The position numbers and the translations under genes are program-made. Positions 9,769-18,411 of a stretch of 64,000 nucleotides of DNA are shown here, in pieces. Every line of letters begins with the position of its first letter. Within the stretch, counting starts at the first letter, position 1. The stretch is from Pseudomonadota bacterium. GTDB taxonomy: Bacteria; Pseudomonadota; Alphaproteobacteria; Rhodobacterales; Rhodobacteraceae. The DNA lies in assembly GCA_038521345.1 (NCBI GenBank), contig JBCBKU010000013.1:13484-77483 (forward strand), written 5' to 3'. The notes beneath the pieces were generated by a model. It made no database searches, had not been told where the DNA came from, and saw only the letters and a program-made list of their open reading frames with translations.

Positions 9769-10688
9769 AGCGGCGACACTCCGTTAACATTCAGGTAGAC
9801 CGAATACAGCGACGTCGTGCCACAAATGAAGAGCCGGTTGAGCTTGGCCCCGCCAAAGCAAACGTTGGCCACGAGTTCAGGGATGTGGACCTTGCCGATC
9901 AGTTGGCCGTGGGCAGTGTAGCAATGCACGCCGTCCGCGGCCGACGTCCAGATGCGCCCGGCGGTATCCACGCGGAAACCGTCAAAAAGCCCTGCGCTGC
10001 ATTCGGCAAACACATCGCCCCCTGAGAGAGTTCCGTCGGCAGCAACGGTGTGGCGACGGATGTGTTTGGGACCGTTTTCGGTATGTGTCGCGCCGGTATC
10101 GGCGATATAAAGAAGTTGTTCGTCGGGCGAGAAGGCCAAACCATTGGGTTTCAGATAGTCGTCCGCAACGATCGAGATACCGCCGTCAGGCCCGACCCGA
10201 TAGACGTAACAGGCGCCGATCTCGCTCTCGGCCCGCGCGCCTTCGTAGTCCATCAGGATCCCGTAAGAAGGATCCGTGAACCAGACGCTGCCGTCCGACT
10301 TGACCACGACGTCGTTCGGGGAATTCAGGCGTTTGCCATCGTATTGGTCGGCAACCACCGTGATTTGCCCGTTGAATTCTGTCCGCGTGACGCGGCGACC
10401 CAAATGCTCGCACGTGATCAGTCGGCCCTGCCGGTCCACCGTCTGCCCGTTCGAGTTGTTCGAAGGCTGGCGGAAGACAGACACGCTGCCGTCCGTATCG
10501 TCCCAGCGCAGAATCCGGTTGTTCGGAATGTCGGACCAAAGCAGATACCGTCCCGCGGCAAACCATGCCGGACCTTCCGACCAGCGTGCCCCGGTCCACA
10601 GGCGTTCGACCCGTGCGTGGCCGACAAAGCAGGTCTCGAACTCTTTCTCAATGACCTCGAAGCCGGTGCCCTCCAGCTCTCCGAACAT
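9765..10688 (-). CDS. SMP-30/gluconolactonase/LRE-family lactonase
   Basis: Beta-propeller motifs (EGPAW, NSPNDVVV, KPNGLAFSPD, DGFRVD). ATG at 10688 has an AGGGGA RBS. Confidence 0.8.
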   Translation of the reverse strand: MFGELEGTGFEVIEKEFETCFVGHARVERLWTGARWSEGPAWFAAGRYLLWSDIPNNRILRWDDTDGSVSVFRQPSNNSNGQTVDRQGRLITCEHLGRRVTRTEFNGQITVVADQYDGKRLNSPNDVVVKSDGSVWFTDPSYGILMDYEGARAESEIGACYVYRVGPDGGISIVADDYLKPNGLAFSPDEQLLYIADTGATHTENGPKHIRRHTVAADGTLSGGDVFAECSAGLFDGFRVDTAGRIWTSAADGVHCYTAHGQLIGKVHIPELVANVCFGGAKLNRLFICGTTSLYSVYLNVNGVSPL

Positions 10689-10702
10689 GGTGCGTCCCCT
10701 GT

Positions 10703-11416
10703 CTATTCCCCCGGATGGCGCGTATCCGTCCGGCGACGAATACCCCATCCTATCGGTTTGCGATGATTGCCAGGGTGCTCAAGACCCGGCCCCCAGATTG
10801 CCTGATAGGTATCAATTGCATAACCACGCGATTGCAGGAAGGTGAAGGCGGCCACAAGTCCGGCCCACCAGCCAAGGATCGTGATCCACATCCAGACCGG
10901 CGCGTTCGCCTGCCACATGCCGACGACAATGGTCGTTACAGCAAGCGCCAGAAGCCCGTATCCGATTAGCTTGTGCACCCACTCGAACATGACGCGCCAA
11001 GGCGTCATGTCATAGTGATCCCCCCGCTCAGAGCCGTCCTTGCCTGTTGCAGTCGGACCCCCTTTTGAGCCGCGAAAAAAACCGAAAAGACCCTGCGCGA
11101 GCGCGAGAACAACGACGGTGTACCCAAGCCGTGCGTGCAGGTTCAGAGTATCTGAATCTCGAAGAACCAACGCGAGCCCCAAGAGCGTGAGGCCCAGCAC
11201 GACACATTGCCCAATCCAGTGGCTACGCCACCAGGTCTGACTGTCGAGTTCCCGGGGCCAGTCCTGACCCGGCAGAACCTTGCAGAACCGCGCGACAAGG
11301 ACCGCAAGCGGGGCGATGATCCCCCATGCGAGCACCATGCTCCGCCCGTGCCAAGCGACATCAAAGCCGACCAGATGCGCCCGGGAAGGGTCGATCGGGG
11401 CGAAGAGCCACTCCAT
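10703..11416 (-). CDS. Eukaryote-type cytochrome b561 domain membrane protein (di-heme, CYBDOM-like core without DOMON)
   Basis: Four His-bearing TM motifs: WHGRSMVLAWGIIAPLAVLVARF, SHWIGQ, LHARLGYTVVVLALAQGLF, WVHKLIGYG. The start ATG shares 1 nt with the permease stop (TGATG). Confidence 0.6.
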   Translation of the reverse strand: MEWLFAPIDPSRAHLVGFDVAWHGRSMVLAWGIIAPLAVLVARFCKVLPGQDWPRELDSQTWWRSHWIGQCVVLGLTLLGLALVLRDSDTLNLHARLGYTVVVLALAQGLFGFFRGSKGGPTATGKDGSERGDHYDMTPWRVMFEWVHKLIGYGLLALAVTTIVVGMWQANAPVWMWITILGWWAGLVAAFTFLQSRGYAIDTYQAIWGPGLEHPGNHRKPIGWGIRRRTDTRHPGE

Positions 11417-12351
11417 CAGCCTTTCACGGCTCCGGCCGTCATCCCGGTGATAATCTGGCGGCTGGCAAGCAGAGTGAAGATGATGGGCGGGATCGCCAAA
11501 AGCATCCCCGTCGCCATAATGACCCCCCACTCGACATTGAACTCGCTCATGTTGTTCACGATCAGAATGGGCACCGTTTTGGTGTTCCGGTCAGACAGGG
11601 CCGACGCCAGAAGATACTCGTTCCACGCGATCCGGAAGGTGAAGATCGCAGCCGCGGCGAGACCCGGTTTGATGAGTGGCAGAACAACGAGAAAGAAGAC
11701 CTGGAAGGGGCCTGCCCCGTCAACCCTAGCCGCTTCTTCAAGGCTCGGCGGGACCTGCACGATGAAGCTTTGCAGAATCCAGATAACGAAGGGCAGGTTC
11801 ATCGCGATATAGATCAGGATGATGCCGGAATGGGTACCTGCAAGGCAGACATCCCCCCTGCCCCCGAACGTGTCGCGGATGAGCCCCCCGATCAGGCCGT
11901 CTCGGTCGAGGCAGAATTCATTGTTCCAAAGCCCGAAGACCGGAACAAGCAGCACGGCCGGGGGGACCATACGGACCATCAAGGTCGTCAACGAAACCGT
12001 ATCGCGCCCCATGAACCGGAACCGAACCAGCGCATATGCACCCATGCACCCGATGATCAGAGTGAGCAGCGTCGAAACGAGCGCGATGATCAGCGAGTTG
12101 ATGAAGGCCCCGCCGAACTTGAGCGAGCAGAAATCCAGATGATCGGGCTCGTAGGGCAGGATATCGCACAAAGCGGTTTCGTAGTTCTGGATGGTCGGCA
12201 GGAAGATCAGACCTGTCGTGCCGCCGATGATGTCCACATCCAGTTTGAAACTGTTGACGAACATCAAAAGCACGGGGCCCACGGCCATAAAGATCAGAAC
12301 CGCGAGTAGTGCGTAGAAGGCGGGGTTCGGTCGATCATAGGACGTCGCCAT
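11416..12351 (-). CDS. ABC sugar transporter permease (MalG/UgpE-like)
   Basis: EAA loop (EEAARVDGAGPFQVFFLVVLPL). ATG at 12351 overlaps the upstream stop by 1 nt. The longer ORF N-terminus is shadow sequence. Confidence 0.85.
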   Translation of the reverse strand: MATSYDRPNPAFYALLAVLIFMAVGPVLLMFVNSFKLDVDIIGGTTGLIFLPTIQNYETALCDILPYEPDHLDFCSLKFGGAFINSLIIALVSTLLTLIIGCMGAYALVRFRFMGRDTVSLTTLMVRMVPPAVLLVPVFGLWNNEFCLDRDGLIGGLIRDTFGGRGDVCLAGTHSGIILIYIAMNLPFVIWILQSFIVQVPPSLEEAARVDGAGPFQVFFLVVLPLIKPGLAAAAIFTFRIAWNEYLLASALSDRNTKTVPILIVNNMSEFNVEWGVIMATGMLLAIPPIIFTLLASRQIITGMTAGAVKG

Positions 12352-13313
12352 TAATTGTCCTCCTCGGCGGCGGCACGAACACGAGCCGCACGGGCCTCTT
12401 GCAGTCGCTGAAAGGCGAACATTCCGAGCGTAAGCGCCAGCAGCAGCAAAAGCAGGTAATTCGACATCGCGGCCGCCACACCAAGCTCGCGGAACTCGGT
12501 GGCGGTACGGCTGATCCGAAGCGCAAGGATCTCGGTCGAAAGACCCGGACCGCCTTCGGTCATGACGAGGATCACCTCGAGCACCTTGAAAGCATCTATC
12601 AGACGCAGGAGCCCGGTCACGATCAGCACGGGCATCATGAGCGGCAACTTGATGTACCAGATCTGCTGCCAAGCGGTGGCCCCATCGATGCGAGCAGCCT
12701 CGAGCGCGCTGCGCGGCAGTGATTGGAGTGCCGCGAGGGCAAGAATGAAGATGAAGGGCGTCCACTGCCAGATATCGGCGATGATAACGCTCATCAGCGC
12801 GTGCTGGCCCAGCCAGTCGACCGATGGCAACCCGAGCCATTCCAGCGTCCGGTTATAGGTGCCGACGGTCGGGTGGTACATATATCGCCACATCAGGCCC
12901 ACAACGACCGGGGCGATCATCATTGGCAGGATGAACAGCGTCCGAAGTACCGACATGCCCCGGATGTTGCGATCAAGAAGAAGCGCGAGCCCCACCCCGA
13001 TCACCATCTCGAACGTCACCACGAAGAACGCAAAGCGCAGGGTTACACCAAGGCTTTCCCGGAAATTGGGGTCGTTCCAAAGGGTAATGTAATTCTTCAG
13101 GCCAACGAATTCAGCTTCGCCGATCGTTTGGCTTGGATCCCAGTCCCGGAACGAGCCCCAGACCATGTACCCAAGAGGATAAAGCAGGGCGACGGCCATG
13201 ATGATCGCCGCGGGCGCCATGAACATGTAGGGCGTCAGGCGGTTGGCAATCTGGTTGCGCCGTCGGGCACCGGAACGCGGCGTCGCTCGGGCTGTCAGAG
13301 CGGTGTCGGCCAT
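12351..13313 (-). CDS. ABC sugar transporter permease (MalF/UgpA-like)
   Basis: EAA loop (LEAARIDGATAWQQIWYIKLP). ATG at 13313 (MADTALTA...). Confidence 0.85.
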   Translation of the reverse strand: MADTALTARATPRSGARRRNQIANRLTPYMFMAPAAIIMAVALLYPLGYMVWGSFRDWDPSQTIGEAEFVGLKNYITLWNDPNFRESLGVTLRFAFFVVTFEMVIGVGLALLLDRNIRGMSVLRTLFILPMMIAPVVVGLMWRYMYHPTVGTYNRTLEWLGLPSVDWLGQHALMSVIIADIWQWTPFIFILALAALQSLPRSALEAARIDGATAWQQIWYIKLPLMMPVLIVTGLLRLIDAFKVLEVILVMTEGGPGLSTEILALRISRTATEFRELGVAAAMSNYLLLLLLALTLGMFAFQRLQEARAARVRAAAEEDN

Positions 13314-13368
13314 GGGATCCTCGATGGAAGCGGGAAGTTGGGGCGGACCGAAGCCCGCCCCATTTGGA

Positions 13369-14697
13369 TCAGTTCCAGGTGTAGTACCCGGCTTCTTCCA
13401 TGACGGCGCGCGTGCGCTCGGCCACACCATCAAGGGCTTCCTGGATGTCCAGATCCTCGGTCAGCACCTTGGAAAGCGTGGTGCCCAGATCAGCGTTGAT
13501 CTTGCCCCACACCGGGATGATCGGACGCCAGTCAGGATCGGCATGCTGAAGCGCCTCGCCGAATGTCGCCATGTGCGGGAACTTTGCGTTCACATCCGCA
13601 TCCGCATGGGTCGAGAAACGCGACGGATTGCCACCGGCCAGCGCCACCAGCTTGTCGCCCTCTTTCGAGGTCAGCCACTGCATCAGCAGGAAGGCAGCTT
13701 CTTTGTTCTCGGCGTTTGCCGGGATGCCGATGCCGAACCCACCGGTCTGGCTGCCGCGACGGACGCCCATCGGGTGCAGCGCCCAGTCGACTTTGCCCAC
13801 AACCTGGCTCTTTGACGGATCGTTGATCTGGCCCGCGACAACGGTCGTGTCGAGGAACATCGCCGTGTCGCCGTTCAAGAACGCTCCCAGGGCTTCTCCA
13901 AACCCGAAGTTTGTCGCGCCTTCCGGGCCACAATCCACAAGGGTCTTCAGCGCTTCGGCAGCCTGGACGCCAGCCTCGTTGTTCACGATCGGGTTCCACT
14001 CGTCGTCGAACACGCGACCGCCAAGGGGCGCAAGGTGTAGAAGAAAGGCATGGCTGGCGTGGTGCCCCGAGGCCGCCCGGCTGGCGACGCCGCCCATACC
14101 CGGTTCAAGCTCCGGGATCTGGCAGGCGATCTCGAGCATCTCCTCATAGGTCTCCGGAACCTCGAGGCCATGCTTTTCGAAGACGTCTGTCCGGTAGCCG
14201 AGGATCGAGGTCTCGGATCCATATGGAATGCCGAAGAGCGACCCGGTCTTGCCTTCGAGGTACCCTTTCGAACCACCCGCGAACCCGATGTTGTAGACGT
14301 AACCGTCGATCAGATCGTCGGCGTCATAAGCCGGGTCGGCCAGCTTCGGGTTCATGAAGTACTTGGCAAGGTTCTCAAGCTGATCGGCGAACACGTAGTC
14401 GGCCTTTGAGAACACGACGTAGGCAATCAGGTCGTACTCGCCTTCATCCTGCGCCAGTTCAAGCGTCTGACGCTCCCGCATCTTCAGATATGGAAGCTGG
14501 TCAACCTCGACTTCGATTCCGGTTTCCTTCGTGAACTCGGGAAGGATTTTCATGACCGCGTCGTAGTGCGGGTGCGCGGGGAAGTTCACGATCAGGGTCG
14601 TGCCCGCATATTCCTCGTAGGGGTTGGCGATGGCTGTACCAGCCATCAATGCGGCCGTCGTCAGGCCAACCGCCGAAGCCTTTATGGTTTTCAACAT
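13369..14697 (-). CDS. ABC sugar/sugar-acid substrate-binding protein (family 1)
   Basis: Signal peptide MLKTIKASAVGLTTAALMAGTAIA, 442 aa, position within the operon. Confidence 0.85.
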   Translation of the reverse strand: MLKTIKASAVGLTTAALMAGTAIANPYEEYAGTTLIVNFPAHPHYDAVMKILPEFTKETGIEVEVDQLPYLKMRERQTLELAQDEGEYDLIAYVVFSKADYVFADQLENLAKYFMNPKLADPAYDADDLIDGYVYNIGFAGGSKGYLEGKTGSLFGIPYGSETSILGYRTDVFEKHGLEVPETYEEMLEIACQIPELEPGMGGVASRAASGHHASHAFLLHLAPLGGRVFDDEWNPIVNNEAGVQAAEALKTLVDCGPEGATNFGFGEALGAFLNGDTAMFLDTTVVAGQINDPSKSQVVGKVDWALHPMGVRRGSQTGGFGIGIPANAENKEAAFLLMQWLTSKEGDKLVALAGGNPSRFSTHADADVNAKFPHMATFGEALQHADPDWRPIIPVWGKINADLGTTLSKVLTEDLDIQEALDGVAERTRAVMEEAGYYTWN

Positions 14698-14722
14698 GTG
14701 TTCTTCCTCCCGTTGAAAAAGG

Positions 14723-15811
14723 TCAGAGTGCCGTTTCTTTCTCGCGATCGAAGAGGTGCACCCCGTGTTGATTGACCGCGAATTTCAGTGTCTGTCCCAG
14801 CGCCACCGGCGTGTCGGACGCCAGTTCGACCATGACGTTCTCTGCGCCGCACTTGCAGAGAAGAACAGATTGCGCACCCACGTATTCCGAGACGGTCACG
14901 TCCAGCGACAGCACCTTGTGGGCCGGAGCGTCAGGGTCGTAGCGCAGATCTGACGGCCGGATACCGAGGGTCACCATTTTGTGGTTATGGGCGCGGGCAG
15001 CTGCGGCGGCGGGGCCCTCGATCTGAAGCGCGAAACCTTCACCAAGGACGAACATCTCGCCGTCGCGGTCCTCAATCTCGCCGTTCAGGAAGTTCATCGG
15101 CGGCGACCCAAGGAACCCGGCCACAAACTTGTTCACCGGGCGCTTGAACAACTCTTCCGGCGTGCCCTGCTGCTGGATGTATCCGCCATGCATGACGACG
15201 ATCCGATCAGCGAGCGTCATGGCTTCGATCTGATCATGGGTGACATAGATCATGTTCTTCTCGACGCGCTGGCTCATGAGCGCGAGTTCCGCGCGCATCT
15301 GGCCGCGAAGCTTGGCGTCGAGGTTGGACAGAGGCTCGTCAAAAAGGAAAAGCCCGCTGTCCTTGGCAAGGGCGCGGGCCATTGCCACGCGCTGGCGCTG
15401 ACCGCCGGACAGCGCGCCAGGCTTGCGATCGAGAAAATCTGTCAGACCGACAAGCTCGGCCACATCGCGGACTTTGGCGTCGATCTCGGATTGGGGCCGA
15501 CGCTGCAGGCGAAGTGCAAACGAAATGTTCTTGGCCACGTTCATATGTGGGTAAAGCGCATAATCCTGAAACACCATCGCGAGATCGCGATCTTTGGGCT
15601 CAAGGTGGCTGACCGGCTGACCATCGATATAGATCTCGCCGTCCGAGACGTCCTCGAGCCCCGCGATCATGCGGAGTGTCGTGGACTTGCCGCATCCGGA
15701 CGGGCCCACGAGTACCGTGAACTCATTGTCCTCCATCGCGAGTTCGATGCCGTGCAACACTTCGACATCGCCGTAGCGCTTCACGAGCTTTGCCAATTCT
15801 ATTGCTGGCAC
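14723..15811 (-). CDS. ABC sugar transporter ATP-binding protein (MalK/UgpC family)
   Basis: Walker A GPSGCGKST, LSGGQRQR, Walker B LFLFDEP, and a C-terminal TOBE-like domain. GTG start with a GGAGGA RBS. Confidence 0.9.
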   Translation of the reverse strand: MPAIELAKLVKRYGDVEVLHGIELAMEDNEFTVLVGPSGCGKSTTLRMIAGLEDVSDGEIYIDGQPVSHLEPKDRDLAMVFQDYALYPHMNVAKNISFALRLQRRPQSEIDAKVRDVAELVGLTDFLDRKPGALSGGQRQRVAMARALAKDSGLFLFDEPLSNLDAKLRGQMRAELALMSQRVEKNMIYVTHDQIEAMTLADRIVVMHGGYIQQQGTPEELFKRPVNKFVAGFLGSPPMNFLNGEIEDRDGEMFVLGEGFALQIEGPAAAAARAHNHKMVTLGIRPSDLRYDPDAPAHKVLSLDVTVSEYVGAQSVLLCKCGAENVMVELASDTPVALGQTLKFAVNQHGVHLFDREKETAL

Positions 15812-15823
15812 GTCGTTCCTCCC

Positions 15824-15860
15824 TGTTACCGGTCACAGGAGCGCATTGTGACCGGTAACA
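15824..15860. promoter_or_regulatory. Two GntR/IdnR-type operators upstream of the ABC operon
   Basis: TGTTACCGGTCACA (15824-15837) and TGTGACCGGTAACA (15847-15860), 13-50 bp upstream of the ATPase start. Confidence 0.6.
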
Positions 15861-15913
15861 CAAGCATTTTCTTTGCTCCCGCGCACTTCACGGAAAATGC
15901 CGTTTCCGAGGGA

Positions 15914-16945
15914 TTACAAAGGCTTCGTGCTCAGACGTAGATCGGGTCGCGGATCGATATCTATGTTAACCCGGCCCAGTTTCTCGGCCCCTTCGCCAAG
16001 TAGCCGTCCAATCAACTGCCCAGCCTCGCGGCCGATTCGGAAAGAATCGACCACCACTGTCGATATGGTGGGCGAGGCGAAGCGCGAGAATTCGAAGTTA
16101 CCGAACCCGGCGACTCCGATTTCCTCGGGCACCGCGATGCCTCTGGATTTTAGCGCCGACTGAACCCCGAAAGCTGCCGCGTCCGATACGCAGAATACGC
16201 AATCCGTGTCTGGAAATGTCTCAAGAAGCTGGGGCGTCGCCGCCGCCCCGTTTTCGATGGACAGGGGAGGCCGGCCAACCTGCAGCACGCGGTTTCCATC
16301 AAGTCCCGCCCGCCGCATGGCCTTCTGAAACCCTTTTCGTCGCGCGGCACCTCGGGTCCAATCGTCCCCGGCTTCTCCAAGGAACGTGATGTTGCGATAC
16401 GAAAGCCCCAGTAGTTTCTCGGTCATCACCACGGCGGCGTTCTCGTTCGAAAAACCTATTGTGTGGCCAATCGGCTCATCGGGACGTTCCCAAAGCTCGA
16501 TCACCGGCACTTGCGCGTTCAAAAGCAACTCGACGGTACGGTCCGTATGCCCGTCGTAAGACAGTACGATCGCTTCGGGCCGCCGCCGCAACATGGTCTG
16601 GACCAGCTGCTCCTCTCGCTCTTGCGAGTAGTTGGTGTACCCAAGGAGGATCTGCTGACCCGCTGCTGTCAACTCGTCGGTCAACGCTTGGACGGTCTCT
16701 GCAAAATGGAGGTTGTTCAGGGACGGAACCAGCACTGCGACAAAACCCGATCGCTTGGTGGTCAGGCTGCCGGCCATTTGATCCGGCACATAGTTCATGT
16801 CACGGACGACTTTCAGTATCCGCTCACGGGTCTCCTCCGAGATCGGCCCGTCTTTCCGCAAGGCCCGCGATACGGTCATGCGCGACACGCCCGCCGCCTC
16901 GGCGACGTCCCGCATCGTAATGTTCCTGGCCTTATTGTCTGACAT
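15914..16945 (-). CDS. LacI-family transcriptional regulator (GntR/IdnR-like)
   Basis: N-terminal HTH ITMRDVAEAAGVSRMTVSRAL plus a periplasmic-binding-protein-like core, 343 aa. Confidence 0.85.
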   Translation of the reverse strand: MSDNKARNITMRDVAEAAGVSRMTVSRALRKDGPISEETRERILKVVRDMNYVPDQMAGSLTTKRSGFVAVLVPSLNNLHFAETVQALTDELTAAGQQILLGYTNYSQEREEQLVQTMLRRRPEAIVLSYDGHTDRTVELLLNAQVPVIELWERPDEPIGHTIGFSNENAAVVMTEKLLGLSYRNITFLGEAGDDWTRGAARRKGFQKAMRRAGLDGNRVLQVGRPPLSIENGAAATPQLLETFPDTDCVFCVSDAAAFGVQSALKSRGIAVPEEIGVAGFGNFEFSRFASPTISTVVVDSFRIGREAGQLIGRLLGEGAEKLGRVNIDIDPRPDLRLSTKPL

Positions 16946-16954
16946 GCTCAGTCC

Positions 16955-16968
16955 TGTGACCGGTCACA
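16955..16968. promoter_or_regulatory. Perfect palindromic operator upstream of the LacI-family gene (probable autoregulation)
   Basis: TGTGACCGGTCACA lies within the 18-bp palindrome CCTGTGACCGGTCACAGG, 10 bp upstream of the start codon. Confidence 0.6.
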
Positions 16969-17328
16969 GGATGACGTGTCCCCAGTGGCATTGCAAGGCG
17001 CGGTGATCTGCAGATGACCTCCCCCACTTGCCCGAACGGACAGGATTGGGCCGAATGGACGGGGAGGCTATGGCACAATCTTGCACGCCAGCCGGCCACG
17101 AAAGTGCAGGAATTCGACATGATCGAGGATCATCGTCTCGCGACCATAAAGTCGCGCCCTCGCCCGCGCCATTTTCGTGGACTTGGGGCATGTTCCGCAG
17201 CATTCTTTTTGCGACGTGATTGCCCGGCGAGGACGGTTGGCGTGTCTCTTAATCCACTGACACAGGCATCGCCGGATCCCGGTGCATTGGGCCCGATGGC
17301 AATCCCTTCAAGACAAAGAGGACATACG

Positions 17329-18408
17329 ATGCGAGATGCCTTTAGGCAGCGGATAAGGCTTCGGTTTGCTATTCGAGCGGTGGCGCTCATTTTGTCGGGC
17401 AGTCTGACGCTGGTCATGGCCGAGCCAGTGCGGGCCCAAGAGATCCTTGCGAAGATCGGCAGTGTCCAAACCCGCGAAGCCGAACCGCAGCGGGTCTTCT
17501 TCGGGCGAGTTAAAGCGCGTCAAACCGTGGACTTCGCTTTCCAGGTCGGCGGCCAGATCGTGGATCTTCCCATCGACGAAGGCCAGCCGATTGCAGCCGG
17601 CACGTTGATCGCCCAACTGGATCTTGAGCCTTTCGAACTGGCTCTTGCCCGGGCGGTCACTGAGCGCAACGATGCCCGCGCCGATTTCGAGCGCTTTCAG
17701 CAACTCAGTGGATCTGCCGTCAGCCAGGTCACGATTGATGACGCGGAGACGCAGGCCGAGCTTGCCGAGATTGGAGTTCTCGACGCCGAACGGTCTCTTC
17801 GACTGGCCACTTTGAACGCGCCGTTCGACGGAATCGTGGCGCGCCGCATGGTACCAAACTTCTCGACTATTTCGGCGGGTACCGCTGTCGTGCGCCTTCA
17901 TGACATGTCTGATCTCCGGATTGAGATCGAAGTACCCGAGCTTGTCTTCCAACGCGTGGGTGAAAACCCCGAGGTTTCCCTCAAGGTCGAATTTCCGGCC
18001 TCGCCAAAGCTCTACGATGCAGAATTCCGCGAAGTCGCTGCCGAGACCACCCAAGTCGGACAGTCTTTCCAACTGACCGTGGGGCTGGAGCCACCAGAAG
18101 ATCTCTTCGTGTTGCCGGGCTCGTCCGCAACGGTGTACGCGGAACTCCTGAACCAAGAAGTGTCACTTATCCTGCCGCAAGCGGCTCTGGTGTTTGATCC
18201 CGATGGGGCCCCCTCTGTCATGGTCTTCGAGCCGACGGGTGCCGCCACCGGAACCGTCACCCGGACTCCGGTCGAGATCGAACCGGACCCATCCGGTGCC
18301 GTGCGTGTGATCTCCGGTCTTTCGGCGGGAACCGAGATCGTGACTGCCGGGGCCGCACTTTTGAATGATGGCGACGCCGTCGAACGCTTTACCGGGTTCA
18401 CGAGGTAA
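17329..18408 (+). CDS. RND efflux periplasmic adaptor (membrane fusion protein)
   Basis: ATG at 17329 follows an AGAGGA RBS. Signal/anchor sequence, then HlyD-like lipoyl, coiled-coil and barrel motifs. Confidence 0.8.
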   Translation: MRDAFRQRIRLRFAIRAVALILSGSLTLVMAEPVRAQEILAKIGSVQTREAEPQRVFFGRVKARQTVDFAFQVGGQIVDLPIDEGQPIAAGTLIAQLDLEPFELALARAVTERNDARADFERFQQLSGSAVSQVTIDDAETQAELAEIGVLDAERSLRLATLNAPFDGIVARRMVPNFSTISAGTAVVRLHDMSDLRIEIEVPELVFQRVGENPEVSLKVEFPASPKLYDAEFREVAAETTQVGQSFQLTVGLEPPEDLFVLPGSSATVYAELLNQEVSLILPQAALVFDPDGAPSVMVFEPTGAATGTVTRTPVEIEPDPSGAVRVISGLSAGTEIVTAGAALLNDGDAVERFTGFTR

Positions 18409-18411
18409 ACC

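Noticed and set aside
11416-12840. Long N-terminal extensions in the ORF track for several genes (11416-12840, 12351-13433, 24331-25764, 22403-23110, 43842-44663, 46883-47755, 50196-50897, 6831-7547, 17014-18408).
   Set aside because: The extensions run through the upstream gene in another frame and are low-complexity Arg/Ser/Pro sequence. In each case an internal ATG/GTG with an RBS or a start-stop overlap gives a product of family-typical length, and I used that start.
16969-17328. The 360-bp gap between the LacI-family gene and the RND adaptor, containing stems such as CCTCCCC...GGGGAGG and CGCGAC-cataaa-GTCGCG. Considered as an ncRNA, riboswitch or missing TetR-type regulator.
   Set aside because: I found no match to any RNA family I can recognise by eye, no terminator-like 3' end and no credible ORF. 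It is probably just the promoter and leader of the efflux operon.
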